Of a stretch of DNA of 40,987 nt, positions 1 through 7,907 are shown piece by piece (position 1 is the stretch's first letter; the number at the start of each line of letters is the position of its first letter). The DNA comes from Gammaproteobacteria bacterium (GTDB taxonomy: Bacteria > Pseudomonadota > Gammaproteobacteria > Burkholderiales > SG8-39), in NCBI GenBank assembly GCA_041488375.1, contig JBGPPD010000004.1, forward strand, positions 1 through 40,987, read 5' to 3'. A program made the position numbers and the translations under genes. The notes beneath the pieces were generated by a model. The model did not search any database, had not been told where the DNA came from, and saw only the letters and a program-made list of their open reading frames with translations.

Positions 1-1558
1 CCAGTTCCCCGTCGGTCACGAGCGCCGCCATGCCAGCGCGGCCATCCGCGCCGGGAACTGGCACACCGTAGACATTGGCCTCGCTGATCCCGGGAAACGC
101 GCAGAGCGCCTCCGCCACTTCGGACGTCGCGACGTTCTCGCCCTTCCAGCGGAACGTATCGCCGACCCGGTCAACGAAATAAAAGCAACCCTCGCCGTCC
201 TTTCGCATCAAGTCGCCGGTGCGGAACCAGGCATCGCCCCGTTCGAACACGTCGCGCAGGATCTTCCTTTCCGTCGCGTCCCGGCTGGTGTAGCCGTCGA
301 AGCGGCTCCCGATGTTCGACGAGCCTGCCCCGATCTTGCCGATCGCCTCGCCGGTCTCGTTGACATCGCAGCGCGTGCAGAATCCCCGCTCGTCGCGCAC
401 CGGCACCTCCTTCTCGACGTCGAAACGCACGAGCTCGACGGCGAAGCGATGGCCGAGATACGGGGGGATGCGGCCGATGGCGCCGGCCTTGCCTTCGATG
501 TTGAACAGCGACACGTTGCCCTCGGTGGCCGCATAGAACTCGAAGATGCGCGGGATGCGGAATCGCTCCCTGAACTCGTTCCATATGTCGGGCCGCAGCC
601 CGTTGCCGCAGCACATGCGAATGCGGTGCCCGGTCTCGCGCGGATGCCGGTCCGTGCGCAGCAGGTAGCGGCACAGCTCGCCGATATACTGGAACAGGGT
701 GCAATCCCACTCCAGGATGTCTTCCCAGAAGCGGCGCGCCGCGAATCCATCGCGGATCACCACCGAGCCGCCGCCCACCAGCACCGCGCCGGTGGCAAGA
801 ACGCCGCCCACGCTGTGATACATCGGCAGGACGTTGTACATGCGGTCGCCCGGGCCGGTGTCCATCATCCCGGCGAACCAATGGCTCCATTGCATCAGCC
901 GGCCGTGGGTGATGTTGGCTGCCTTCGGCAGCCCTGTAGTGCCGGACGTATAGATGTACAGAGCGCGGTCCTCGATGCTCAACTGCGGACGCTCTGCGCT
1001 TTCCAGCGGCGCGCCGTCGTGGCGCTCGCATTCGAGGTCGATGCGCGGAAACCGATCATGGCCGGCGCCGTGAACCCATATCCGGCACGCCTTCCCGGGA
1101 TCCGGCAACGCCGCAGCCAGCGCCCCGGCGTGCTCGACGGCCACGATGATGTGCGCCGGCATAACCAGGTCAACGGCATGCCTCAGCGAGGATCCGGTGA
1201 GCTGGGTGTTGAGCAGCGCGACCACGCCGCCGGCGCGGATGATGCCGAGCCAGATCGCCATGTACTCCGGCCGGTTCGACATCAGCAGGCACACCGCGTC
1301 GCCCTTCGAGATGCCCTGCGCGAGCGCCAAGCGCGTGTAGCGGTTCGCGCGCGCGGCAAGCACCCGGTAGCTCAGTCGTTCGTCCGCGGAAAGCAGCGCG
1401 GGAGCGTCGCCGGATGAGCGGGCGCGCTCCTCGATCACATCGGAGAGCAGGCGGTGCGGCTGCGCGGCAATGGGCGCCGTGAGTTCCAGCGCCCGCAGCC
1501 ACGCTTTGGCGGGCGAGCGATGGACGCCACCCGGACCCGCTGCGGTCGTCTGCGCCAT
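1..1558 (-). CDS. Long-chain acyl-CoA synthetase (FATP/VLACS-like); 3' end runs off the left edge
   Basis: Absent from the ORF track because no stop lies in the window. Manual translation from ATG 1558: MAQTTAAGPGGVHRSPAKAWLRALEL..., YIYTSGTTGLPK (AMP-binding loop), EFYAATEGNV, WFRTGDL, FVDRVGDTFRWKGENV, VYGVPVPGADGRAGMAA (FATP signatures). Confidence 0.9.
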   Translation of the reverse strand, partial: MAQTTAAGPGGVHRSPAKAWLRALELTAPIAAQPHRLLSDVIEERARSSGDAPALLSADERLSYRVLAARANRYTRLALAQGISKGDAVCLLMSNRPEYMAIWLGIIRAGGVVALLNTQLTGSSLRHAVDLVMPAHIIVAVEHAGALAAALPDPGKACRIWVHGAGHDRFPRIDLECERHDGAPLESAERPQLSIEDRALYIYTSGTTGLPKAANITHGRLMQWSHWFAGMMDTGPGDRMYNVLPMYHSVGGVLATGAVLVGGGSVVIRDGFAARRFWEDILEWDCTLFQYIGELCRYLLRTDRHPRETGHRIRMCCGNGLRPDIWNEFRERFRIPRIFEFYAATEGNVSLFNIEGKAGAIGRIPPYLGHRFAVELVRFDVEKEVPVRDERGFCTRCDVNETGEAIGKIGAGSSNIGSRFDGYTSRDATERKILRDVFERGDAWFRTGDLMRKDGEGCFYFVDRVGDTFRWKGENVATSEVAEALCAFPGISEANVYGVPVPGADGRAGMAALVTDGEL

Positions 1559-1562
1559 GTCC

Positions 1563-2297
1563 CTACGCCGTGTTGCCCGCGTCCACCGTGAGCACGGTGC
1601 CGGTGATGTTCCTCGATTTTTCGCCCATCAGGAATTCCACGGCGTCGGCCACGTCGCCGACCTCGGGCAATCGGCGCAGCGCACTGCGGCGCACGATCTG
1701 ATCGCGCTGCTCGCCAGCCAGGCCCCGCGTCATCTCGGTATCCACGAAACCGGGCGCAACCGCATTTACGTTCACCCCCATGTGCCCCACCTCGCGCGCC
1801 AGCGAGCGCGTGAAGCCGATCAGCGAGGCCTTGGTCGCTGCGTAGACCGACAGGCCGTTGTATCCCGTGAAGGCGACGACCGAGGCGACATTGACGATGC
1901 GGCCGCCGCCATCGGCGAGCATGTGCCGGACCACGTGCTTGCTCAACACGATGGGTGAAAGCGTGTTCAAGCGCACCAGCTGCTCGATCCTGTCGTTCGC
2001 CATCAAGGCGAGCAGTCCGTCAAGACCGAGTGCCGCATTGTTCACCAGGCCGTAGATCGGGCCGTAAGCCTTGCGTAATTCCCTGACCATGCCGGAAATG
2101 TGATCGATCTCCGTCAGGTCGAACGGGAAGAAATGGATCGCGCCGGCCTGCCCGACTTGCACCGCATCCATCGCCGCGCCCAATGCGTCCGACTTGCGCC
2201 GCGCAACGGCGATCGCGCGGTAGCCCGATGCGGCGAGCTTGCGGACCATCCCCAGCCCGAGACCGCGGCTTCCACCCGTCACCAGGACGTTACGCAT
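1563..2297 (-). CDS. SDR oxidoreductase, 3-oxoacyl-ACP reductase (FabG)-like
   Basis: MRNVLVTGGSRGLG (TGxxxGxG), LVNNAA, YAATK (YxxxK), VNAVAPGFVDTEM. ATG 2297 overlaps the stop of the upstream ligase. Confidence 0.9.
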   Translation of the reverse strand: MRNVLVTGGSRGLGLGMVRKLAASGYRAIAVARRKSDALGAAMDAVQVGQAGAIHFFPFDLTEIDHISGMVRELRKAYGPIYGLVNNAALGLDGLLALMANDRIEQLVRLNTLSPIVLSKHVVRHMLADGGGRIVNVASVVAFTGYNGLSVYAATKASLIGFTRSLAREVGHMGVNVNAVAPGFVDTEMTRGLAGEQRDQIVRRSALRRLPEVGDVADAVEFLMGEKSRNITGTVLTVDAGNTA

Positions 2298-3690
2298 TGC
2301 GCCGCGCAATCTTGCCCGAGGCCGCCATCGCCAGCGAGACCACGAAGTTGACCACTGCCGGCACCTTGTGCCGGGGCAGCGACGCTCGGCAGTGCTCGAG
2401 GATCTCGCGCTGGAGTGCCTGTGCGCCGCCTTTCGTCTCATCCGGCGGAGAGTTCAGGACCACGTCGGCGACGACCAGCGCGCCCGTGATCGGGTTCTTC
2501 CTCGCCCGCACCAGGGAAACACGCACCCCGGGATGGGTATTGATCACCGCCTCGACTTCTTCCGGGTGGATCTTCAGGCCACCCACGTTGATGATCCCGC
2601 CGCGCCTGCCGACGAAGAAGTAGCGGTCGCCACGCAGCTCGACCATGTCGCCCGTGTCCACATAGCCCCCGGCATCGACGAGGACCTCGCTCTGCTCGCC
2701 AAGGTAGCGCGCGGCGGTGCGTGAGGAACGGATGCGCAGCGACCCGTCGACCACCTTCATGTCCACGTTCGCGCCTGTTTGCCCCACGAGGCTCGCCGGG
2801 AATCCCGCCCGACCGTCCCCGACCTCGAATCCCACGCCCGCCTCGGTCGACGCGAACGCGTGGACGATCTTCGCTTGCGGGTAGAACGACCGGAGATGGT
2901 CCAGGATCGACTGGTCGGCAATCTCGCCCGACAGGCGCACGTACTGCGGCTTGAGCGCATGCGCGGCCGGGCTCATCAAGGCGCTGCGCCAGTGGGTCGG
3001 CGTCCCGAGGATGTGCGTTACGCCGCGCGCACCGGCGCGCTCCAGGAAATCGCTCATCGCCTCGCCGGCGCTCGACAGCACGAGCGAACCGCCGCCGAGA
3101 GTCGCGCGCAGGAGAATCTGCAAGCCGCCGTAACGCCGGATATCGTAGTAGGTGCTCCACAGCGCCGGGCCCACCGGCGTTCCACGCGCCATCATCGCGC
3201 CCGCCAGGCTCGCAAGGGTGTGCACGACCATCTTCGGCGCGCCGGTGGTCCCCGAGGTCATCAGGATCCACTCTGTCCGCAAGCGCGCCTGGCGATCGGG
3301 TGCACCGGGCGCGAGTTTCAGGCTGCAGGCGACGACTGGGCCGGGAGTCGACTCACCCGGATCGGGCGCAGCCCGATCCGAGACCAACGCATCCACGCCC
3401 GCGGTAGCGATGACGTACGGCACGTGCTCCGCCGCAAGGTCCGGAGGGCAAAGCACGATGCGGCGCGCCACGCCATCGAGCTCGATCAGGGCCAGCGCCG
3501 CCGCGAGTTGGCTCCTCGTGGCGAGGAACACGCAACGCCCGCGCAGTTCCTCAAGGCGGCCACCGAGGCTTGAGCCGCCCGCCAGGTCATCCAGCGCGAC
3601 GCTGCCGTCAACTCCCCACAGTGCGCGCCGGGCGAGCCTGTCCGCGGCGCTCAACGAGTTCCAGAGCGAGCTCCAGTCAATTTGCGGCAT
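2290..3690 (-). CDS. ANL-superfamily adenylate-forming enzyme (acyl-CoA/acyl-ACP ligase)
   Basis: MTSGTTGAPK, FASTEAG, VDTGD, GRRGGIINVGGLKIHPEEVE, SGKIAR; 466 aa; start overlaps the ACP stop. Confidence 0.88.
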   Translation of the reverse strand: MPQIDWSSLWNSLSAADRLARRALWGVDGSVALDDLAGGSSLGGRLEELRGRCVFLATRSQLAAALALIELDGVARRIVLCPPDLAAEHVPYVIATAGVDALVSDRAAPDPGESTPGPVVACSLKLAPGAPDRQARLRTEWILMTSGTTGAPKMVVHTLASLAGAMMARGTPVGPALWSTYYDIRRYGGLQILLRATLGGGSLVLSSAGEAMSDFLERAGARGVTHILGTPTHWRSALMSPAAHALKPQYVRLSGEIADQSILDHLRSFYPQAKIVHAFASTEAGVGFEVGDGRAGFPASLVGQTGANVDMKVVDGSLRIRSSRTAARYLGEQSEVLVDAGGYVDTGDMVELRGDRYFFVGRRGGIINVGGLKIHPEEVEAVINTHPGVRVSLVRARKNPITGALVVADVVLNSPPDETKGGAQALQREILEHCRASLPRHKVPAVVNFVVSLAMAASGKIARRNA

Positions 3691-3922
3691 CTTCGTAGAA
3701 TTGGATGAAATCGCCCAGGGTCACCGGAAAATTTGCTTCGGCGGTGGCACTGAACGGATCGACCCCCAGCGCGTCCTCGAGGCGCGCGACGATGATCGCG
3801 AAGCACAAAGAGTCGAGGCCCGACTCCAGCAATACCAGGTCGTCGGTCAGAGGCGCCAGCGTCTTGTCCTGCTCCTTGGCGACCAGTTTGAACTGCTCCA
3901 GCACGGTGGACCTCACGGACAT
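3677..3922 (-). CDS. Acyl carrier protein (81 aa)
   Basis: MSVRSTVLEQF...LLESGLDSLCFAIIVARLEDALG...; GLDSL phosphopantetheinylation site; acidic. Start ATG 3922 lies inside the longer track ORF. Confidence 0.88.
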   Translation of the reverse strand: MSVRSTVLEQFKLVAKEQDKTLAPLTDDLVLLESGLDSLCFAIIVARLEDALGVDPFSATAEANFPVTLGDFIQFYEDAAN

Positions 3923-3960
3923 GATGCCGACTCTCCGGATAGGGTTGGGGTGAGCGCCGC

Positions 3961-4344
3961 TCAGCGCGGCACGAAGAACTCGGTATAGGAAGCGATGCGG
4001 CCGTCCCGCACCTGCGCCAGATCGACCAGATCGGTGAGCACGGTGACCCCGGTGATCCTGGAGCGGATGCTGGCGCGCCAGTGCACCGCGGCCTTCGCGT
4101 CCTCGATGATCATGCTTTGGATCGCCAGGTCGCTGACCTGGAAAGACTTGACCAGCAGCGTGAGCCACTTGCGCGCCTCGGCAAGGCCTTGCGCGGCGAT
4201 TGCCATGCGGCTCGCCGGGCTCGCGCCCGCGATCTCGAAGCGCACGTCGTCCGCAAATGCCCGGCACACCCCCTCGAGGTCGCCGCTGGCGCGGGCGGCA
4301 TACAGTGCCTTGAGCAGGCGCTCGATCTCGGTGCGATGCGTCAC
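3961..4344 (-). CDS. NTF2/SnoaL-like protein
   Basis: GTG 4344 after AAGGA; 127 aa: LYAARASGDLEGVCRAFADDVRF...DLAQVRDGRIASYTEFF, a typical SnoaL pattern. Confidence 0.8.
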   Translation of the reverse strand: MTHRTEIERLLKALYAARASGDLEGVCRAFADDVRFEIAGASPASRMAIAAQGLAEARKWLTLLVKSFQVSDLAIQSMIIEDAKAAVHWRASIRSRITGVTVLTDLVDLAQVRDGRIASYTEFFVPR

Positions 4345-4355
4345 GGTTTCGTCCT

Positions 4356-5291
4356 TCAAGCGAGGGCAGCCCTGAACTGCGCGCCGATGACCTTCATGGC
4401 TGCGCGCGCATACGGTATCACGCCGGTCATGCCGTAAAAGAGGTGGGTCATCCCCGCGTGGCAGGTATATTTCACCGCCACACCCGCCTGCGCCAGCCGG
4501 TCGGCGTAAGCCTTGCCCTCGTCGCGCAGCGGATCGAACTCCGCGGTGTGAATGCAAGCCGGCGGCAATCGGCTGAAGTCGGCCGCGCGCAGCGGCGAGA
4601 TGCGCGGATCCGCCACGTCCATCCCTGCGGGGATGTAGTACTCGAGATCCCGGGCCATCGTCGCCTTGTCGACCAGGGGAGCGTCCGCGTAGGCAGCGCG
4701 CGACTCGGTTTGCCCGGCAAAATCCATGATCGGACAGAGCAGCAATTGCGCCGCAAGATTCAGTCCCGCCTCCCCGCTGGCAAGCTGGCATACAACCGCC
4801 GCGAGCGTTCCGCCCGCCGAGTCTCCGCCCACTGCGAGCCGACCCGGAACGATACCCAATTCCGCGGCATTGCGCGCGATCCAGGCTGCTGCCGCGCATC
4901 CATCCAGCACCGCCGCAGGAAACTTGTGCTCGGGCGCCAGCCGATAGTCGACCGACACGAGCCTGCAGCCGCACTCGTTGGCGAGCGCTCTGCACAGGCC
5001 GTCGTGTGTGTCGAGACTTCCCGCGACGAGTCCGCCACCGTGGAAGAACACCAGTCCGGGTAACGGTTGGCTTCCTGCACCCGCTGGGGTGTAGACGCGA
5101 ACCGGGATCGGGCCGCCGGGCCCTGGCAGGGCGCTGTCGGCCGCGCCGCCGATCGCCAGGTTGCCCTGCGAGAAGCCCATCAGCTTGCGGAACGCCTCCC
5201 GGCGCTCGCCCAGGGTCAGGCTCGCCGGATCCGTGGGCCCGGCCGCCGCGAGCATGTCCAGGATCCGCTTGAGGTGGGCATCAAGTGGCAC
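4356..5291 (-). CDS. Alpha/beta hydrolase, HSL (Aes-like) esterase
   Basis: FFHGGG oxyanion motif, DYRLAPEH, GDSAGG nucleophile elbow, EFDPLRDEG, HAGMTHLF. Confidence 0.92.
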   Translation of the reverse strand: MPLDAHLKRILDMLAAAGPTDPASLTLGERREAFRKLMGFSQGNLAIGGAADSALPGPGGPIPVRVYTPAGAGSQPLPGLVFFHGGGLVAGSLDTHDGLCRALANECGCRLVSVDYRLAPEHKFPAAVLDGCAAAAWIARNAAELGIVPGRLAVGGDSAGGTLAAVVCQLASGEAGLNLAAQLLLCPIMDFAGQTESRAAYADAPLVDKATMARDLEYYIPAGMDVADPRISPLRAADFSRLPPACIHTAEFDPLRDEGKAYADRLAQAGVAVKYTCHAGMTHLFYGMTGVIPYARAAMKVIGAQFRAALA

Positions 5292-5318
5292 ACGTGATCC
5301 GGTATCGCGCCGCAGGGA

Positions 5319-6260
5319 TCAACTGAATGCGAGCGCGCCGCGGACCCGCGCAGGCCATTTCTTCGTGTCCAGGCCGTGCTTCCAGAACAGCCCCACCACC
5401 AGGCGGTCCATGCCGAACGCGACGCAACCGGTGTGGCAGAACGTCCCGCCGGCATCGCGCATTTCCCACGTCGTGCCAAAGTGGTCCTGGTGATAGTTGA
5501 AGCTCATGCACGCGGTCGGCTCTTCCTGCGAGCGCATCGGTACCAGCAGCTCGAACTTGAGCGACTGCTGCAGCTGGGCGATCGCCATGACCTGGCCGGT
5601 ACGGCCGAAGAAGGGATCGCTCGCCGTGGCGACCTTATGGGGCAAATCCAGCTCATCCGCCATGCGCTGGGCGCGCTCCATCCAGCGCTGGCGGAAGGCA
5701 GTCACCTCCTGCTGCGTGCCGATGCAGACGTATTCGCGCATGCGAAAAGACTGCAGGCGATCGAGGTGCCGCGACGGCTCGCGCCGGAAACAGTCCGCGG
5801 CCACGTCGAAGCGCAGGCCGCCGGGTGGAACCGGCCCGCGGCTCGCCGCCAGCGGATAGACCGGATAGCAGGCGGCCGGGGAAAGGACCAGGTCGGCGAC
5901 GGCCAGAGAGGCGGTCCAATCGCCGCCCTTCTCGTGCCGATCCGCAGCCGCGCGGATCTCGGTTTCCGTGCCGTGCAGCGCGCAGACGCACCCGAGCAGG
6001 TTCGGGAAGCTCTTCAGGTAGCCCGATTTCTCCAGTTGGCTCCGGCTCATCACCGGGGGAAACCGCAGGATCTCCGTGCCCGGCTCGCGCTGGCGCGAGA
6101 TGAACGCCGCGAGGCGCTCGATCACGTCCTCGTAGAGCCAGGTGCGCGCATAAACCCCGTCCGCGCCCATCGGCCTGAACAACGCCGTAGCCATCGCGTC
6201 GAGCCCCTCGCCCGCCGCCGGGGACCTGACGCGCGCCTCGCCGGCGCTATCCATGCTCAT
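5319..6260 (-). CDS. Amino acid--[acyl-carrier-protein] ligase (aa:CP ligase, atypical seryl-tRNA synthetase homolog)
   Basis: Class II aaRS catalytic core without a tRNA-binding domain: SGYLKSFP, PAACYP, FRREPS..DRLQSFRMREYV (motif 2), DPFFGR, CMSFNYHQDHFG, HTGCVAFGMDRL (motif 3). Adjacent to an acyl-CoA dehydrogenase and an ACP. Confidence 0.92.
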   Translation of the reverse strand: MSMDSAGEARVRSPAAGEGLDAMATALFRPMGADGVYARTWLYEDVIERLAAFISRQREPGTEILRFPPVMSRSQLEKSGYLKSFPNLLGCVCALHGTETEIRAAADRHEKGGDWTASLAVADLVLSPAACYPVYPLAASRGPVPPGGLRFDVAADCFRREPSRHLDRLQSFRMREYVCIGTQQEVTAFRQRWMERAQRMADELDLPHKVATASDPFFGRTGQVMAIAQLQQSLKFELLVPMRSQEEPTACMSFNYHQDHFGTTWEMRDAGGTFCHTGCVAFGMDRLVVGLFWKHGLDTKKWPARVRGALAFS

Positions 6261-6284
6261 GGGGAACCGGCCTCCTGATCGGCG

Positions 6285-7472
6285 CTAGTCGCTGATGGTC
6301 GTCGCAACGGGACTCATCAGTGTGGTCGCCGCCACATTGGCGAGGATGCGATCGTTGTTGATCATGATCGGCGAGGACAGGATGTCGCGCAGGTACCGGC
6401 CGATGGTGAATTCGCCATCATTGCGGTAACCCGCGAGCCCGCAGGCGCGAAGCGCAGCCAGCACCGTCGACACCGCCAGCTCCGAGGCCTCGACCTTGGT
6501 GAGGTTGACCATGGTCTGGAATTCGAGCGAGGCGAGCTTGCCTTGGTCGTGCGCCGCCAGTTCGAATTTGCGCAACGATGAGGCCACCAGCCCGCGCAAC
6601 GTCAGGAGCGAAGCACTGGCCTTCGTGTAGTGCGCAGCGCCCGGCGGCATCTGGCCGCCCGACTGGCGCGCCGCAGTGCGCAGGAAAGTCTGCGCGCGCT
6701 CGACCGCGCCTGCCGCGACGCCGGTCCACACGCTCGCCCAGGACAGGTGCGCCACCGGCCCCATGCTCTGAACGTGGATCGCCTCGTACGGATCGGGGAG
6801 GATCTGCTCGGCCACGCCGGACGCCTTGAGCGTGTATCCCGAGCTGCAGGTGCCGCGCATGCCCAGCGTGTCCCAGGACGTCAGCGGCTCGAGCGTGTAT
6901 TCCTCTTTCATGAAGGCGACCAGCACCTGGTCGGCGGCGGCGGCATCGGCCGCGCGGCGCGCGGTCGTGACGATGGCGTCCGCGTTGGCTCCATACGAAA
7001 TCACGGTGGCGCGCCGCTCCAGGCTGATGCGATCGCCGTTGCGCTCGACCGGCGCCTCGCTGGCGCGCACGTTGCCGCCGCCTCGTCCTTCCGTCGTCGA
7101 GGAGGCGAACAGCAATTGCTCGGCGGCCAGGCGGCGCAGCAGGCGCTCATGCCAGGCATTGTTCCTGCGATGCCGCATCACGCACGCGACCATGATCTGG
7201 TGCATCGCAAAGATCATCGCCGAAGAGGCGCATGCGCGGCCGAGCCGGTAGCAGATCCCGAGCGCCGCCGAGAGGCCCGCGCCCTCGCCGCCGAGATCCC
7301 GCGGCACCATGATTCCCATCAGGCCCTGGGACTTGGCCGCCTTGAACGTTTCCTCGGGAAAGCGCGCTTCGCGATCGACCGCTGCGGCGTGCTTGTCCGC
7401 GATCGCGGCGACCGCGTCGGCGCGCGCCCTGAGGTCCATGGGTGGTTCGATGCCAGCGTCAATGGTCTTCAT
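6285..7472 (-). CDS. Acyl-CoA/acyl-ACP dehydrogenase-family flavoprotein (atypical)
   Basis: VDREARFP..GLMGIMVPRDLGG, FASSTTE, WDTLGMRGTCS, GLAGYRND, RYLRD; 395 aa. Confidence 0.88.
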   Translation of the reverse strand: MKTIDAGIEPPMDLRARADAVAAIADKHAAAVDREARFPEETFKAAKSQGLMGIMVPRDLGGEGAGLSAALGICYRLGRACASSAMIFAMHQIMVACVMRHRRNNAWHERLLRRLAAEQLLFASSTTEGRGGGNVRASEAPVERNGDRISLERRATVISYGANADAIVTTARRAADAAAADQVLVAFMKEEYTLEPLTSWDTLGMRGTCSSGYTLKASGVAEQILPDPYEAIHVQSMGPVAHLSWASVWTGVAAGAVERAQTFLRTAARQSGGQMPPGAAHYTKASASLLTLRGLVASSLRKFELAAHDQGKLASLEFQTMVNLTKVEASELAVSTVLAALRACGLAGYRNDGEFTIGRYLRDILSSPIMINNDRILANVAATTLMSPVATTISD

Positions 7473-7499
7473 GCGGCTACTGTGCCCAAGTTAGCGATT

Positions 7500-7555
7500 C
7501 AGAAAAGTTGACTTTACAACGTTTGACACTATATTTTGTCGTAGATTAGAGAATA
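7500..7555 (+). promoter_or_regulatory. AT-rich divergent promoter region; candidate sigma70 -35 TTGACT (7508-7513) N16 -10 TATATT (7530-7535); second TTGACA at 7523-7528
   Basis: 7501-7560 is 20/60 GC in a high-GC context and lies between the divergent dehydrogenase and ACP genes. Confidence 0.5.
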
Positions 7556-7625
7556 CCGTCGGATGAACGCCTGCACATCCTTGGCAGAACAACCCAACGC
7601 ACTGGAAGATCCAGAAAACCACGCG

Positions 7626-7898
7626 ATGGCGGATCGGAACACCGGCCCGAGACAGCGCCTGATCGAGATGGTCGAAGAGATGCTCGCCAAGAACGCGGTC
7701 ACGCGCCCGGTCTGCGTCGACGACCAGCTCAGCGAGGCCGGACTCACATCCCTTGACATGGTGAACCTGATGCTCGCGGTGGAGGCCGAGTTCGACATCA
7801 TGATTCCTTCGTCCGACATCACGCCGGCGAACTTCCGCTCCATCGCCAGCATCGAAGCGCTGATCCTGAAGATCCGTCCGCGCACTGCGGCGGCATAG
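7626..7898 (+). CDS. Carrier protein (phosphopantetheine-binding), likely the cognate CP of the aa:CP ligase
   Basis: LSEAGLTSLDMVNLMLAVEAEFDIMIPSSDITPANFRSIASI. Alternative start ATG 7563. Divergent from the dehydrogenase-ligase operon. Confidence 0.88.
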   Translation: MADRNTGPRQRLIEMVEEMLAKNAVTRPVCVDDQLSEAGLTSLDMVNLMLAVEAEFDIMIPSSDITPANFRSIASIEALILKIRPRTAAA

Positions 7899-7907
7899 CG
7901 CTCGGCC

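Noticed and set aside
5319-6260. Housekeeping seryl-tRNA synthetase
   Set aside because: Too short, lacks the tRNA-binding domain, and the motifs and ACP context fit an aa:CP ligase.
1-7898. Classical NRPS/PKS cluster
   Set aside because: No ketosynthase or condensation domain in the window, only stand-alone ligases and carriers. Such genes could still lie beyond the left edge.
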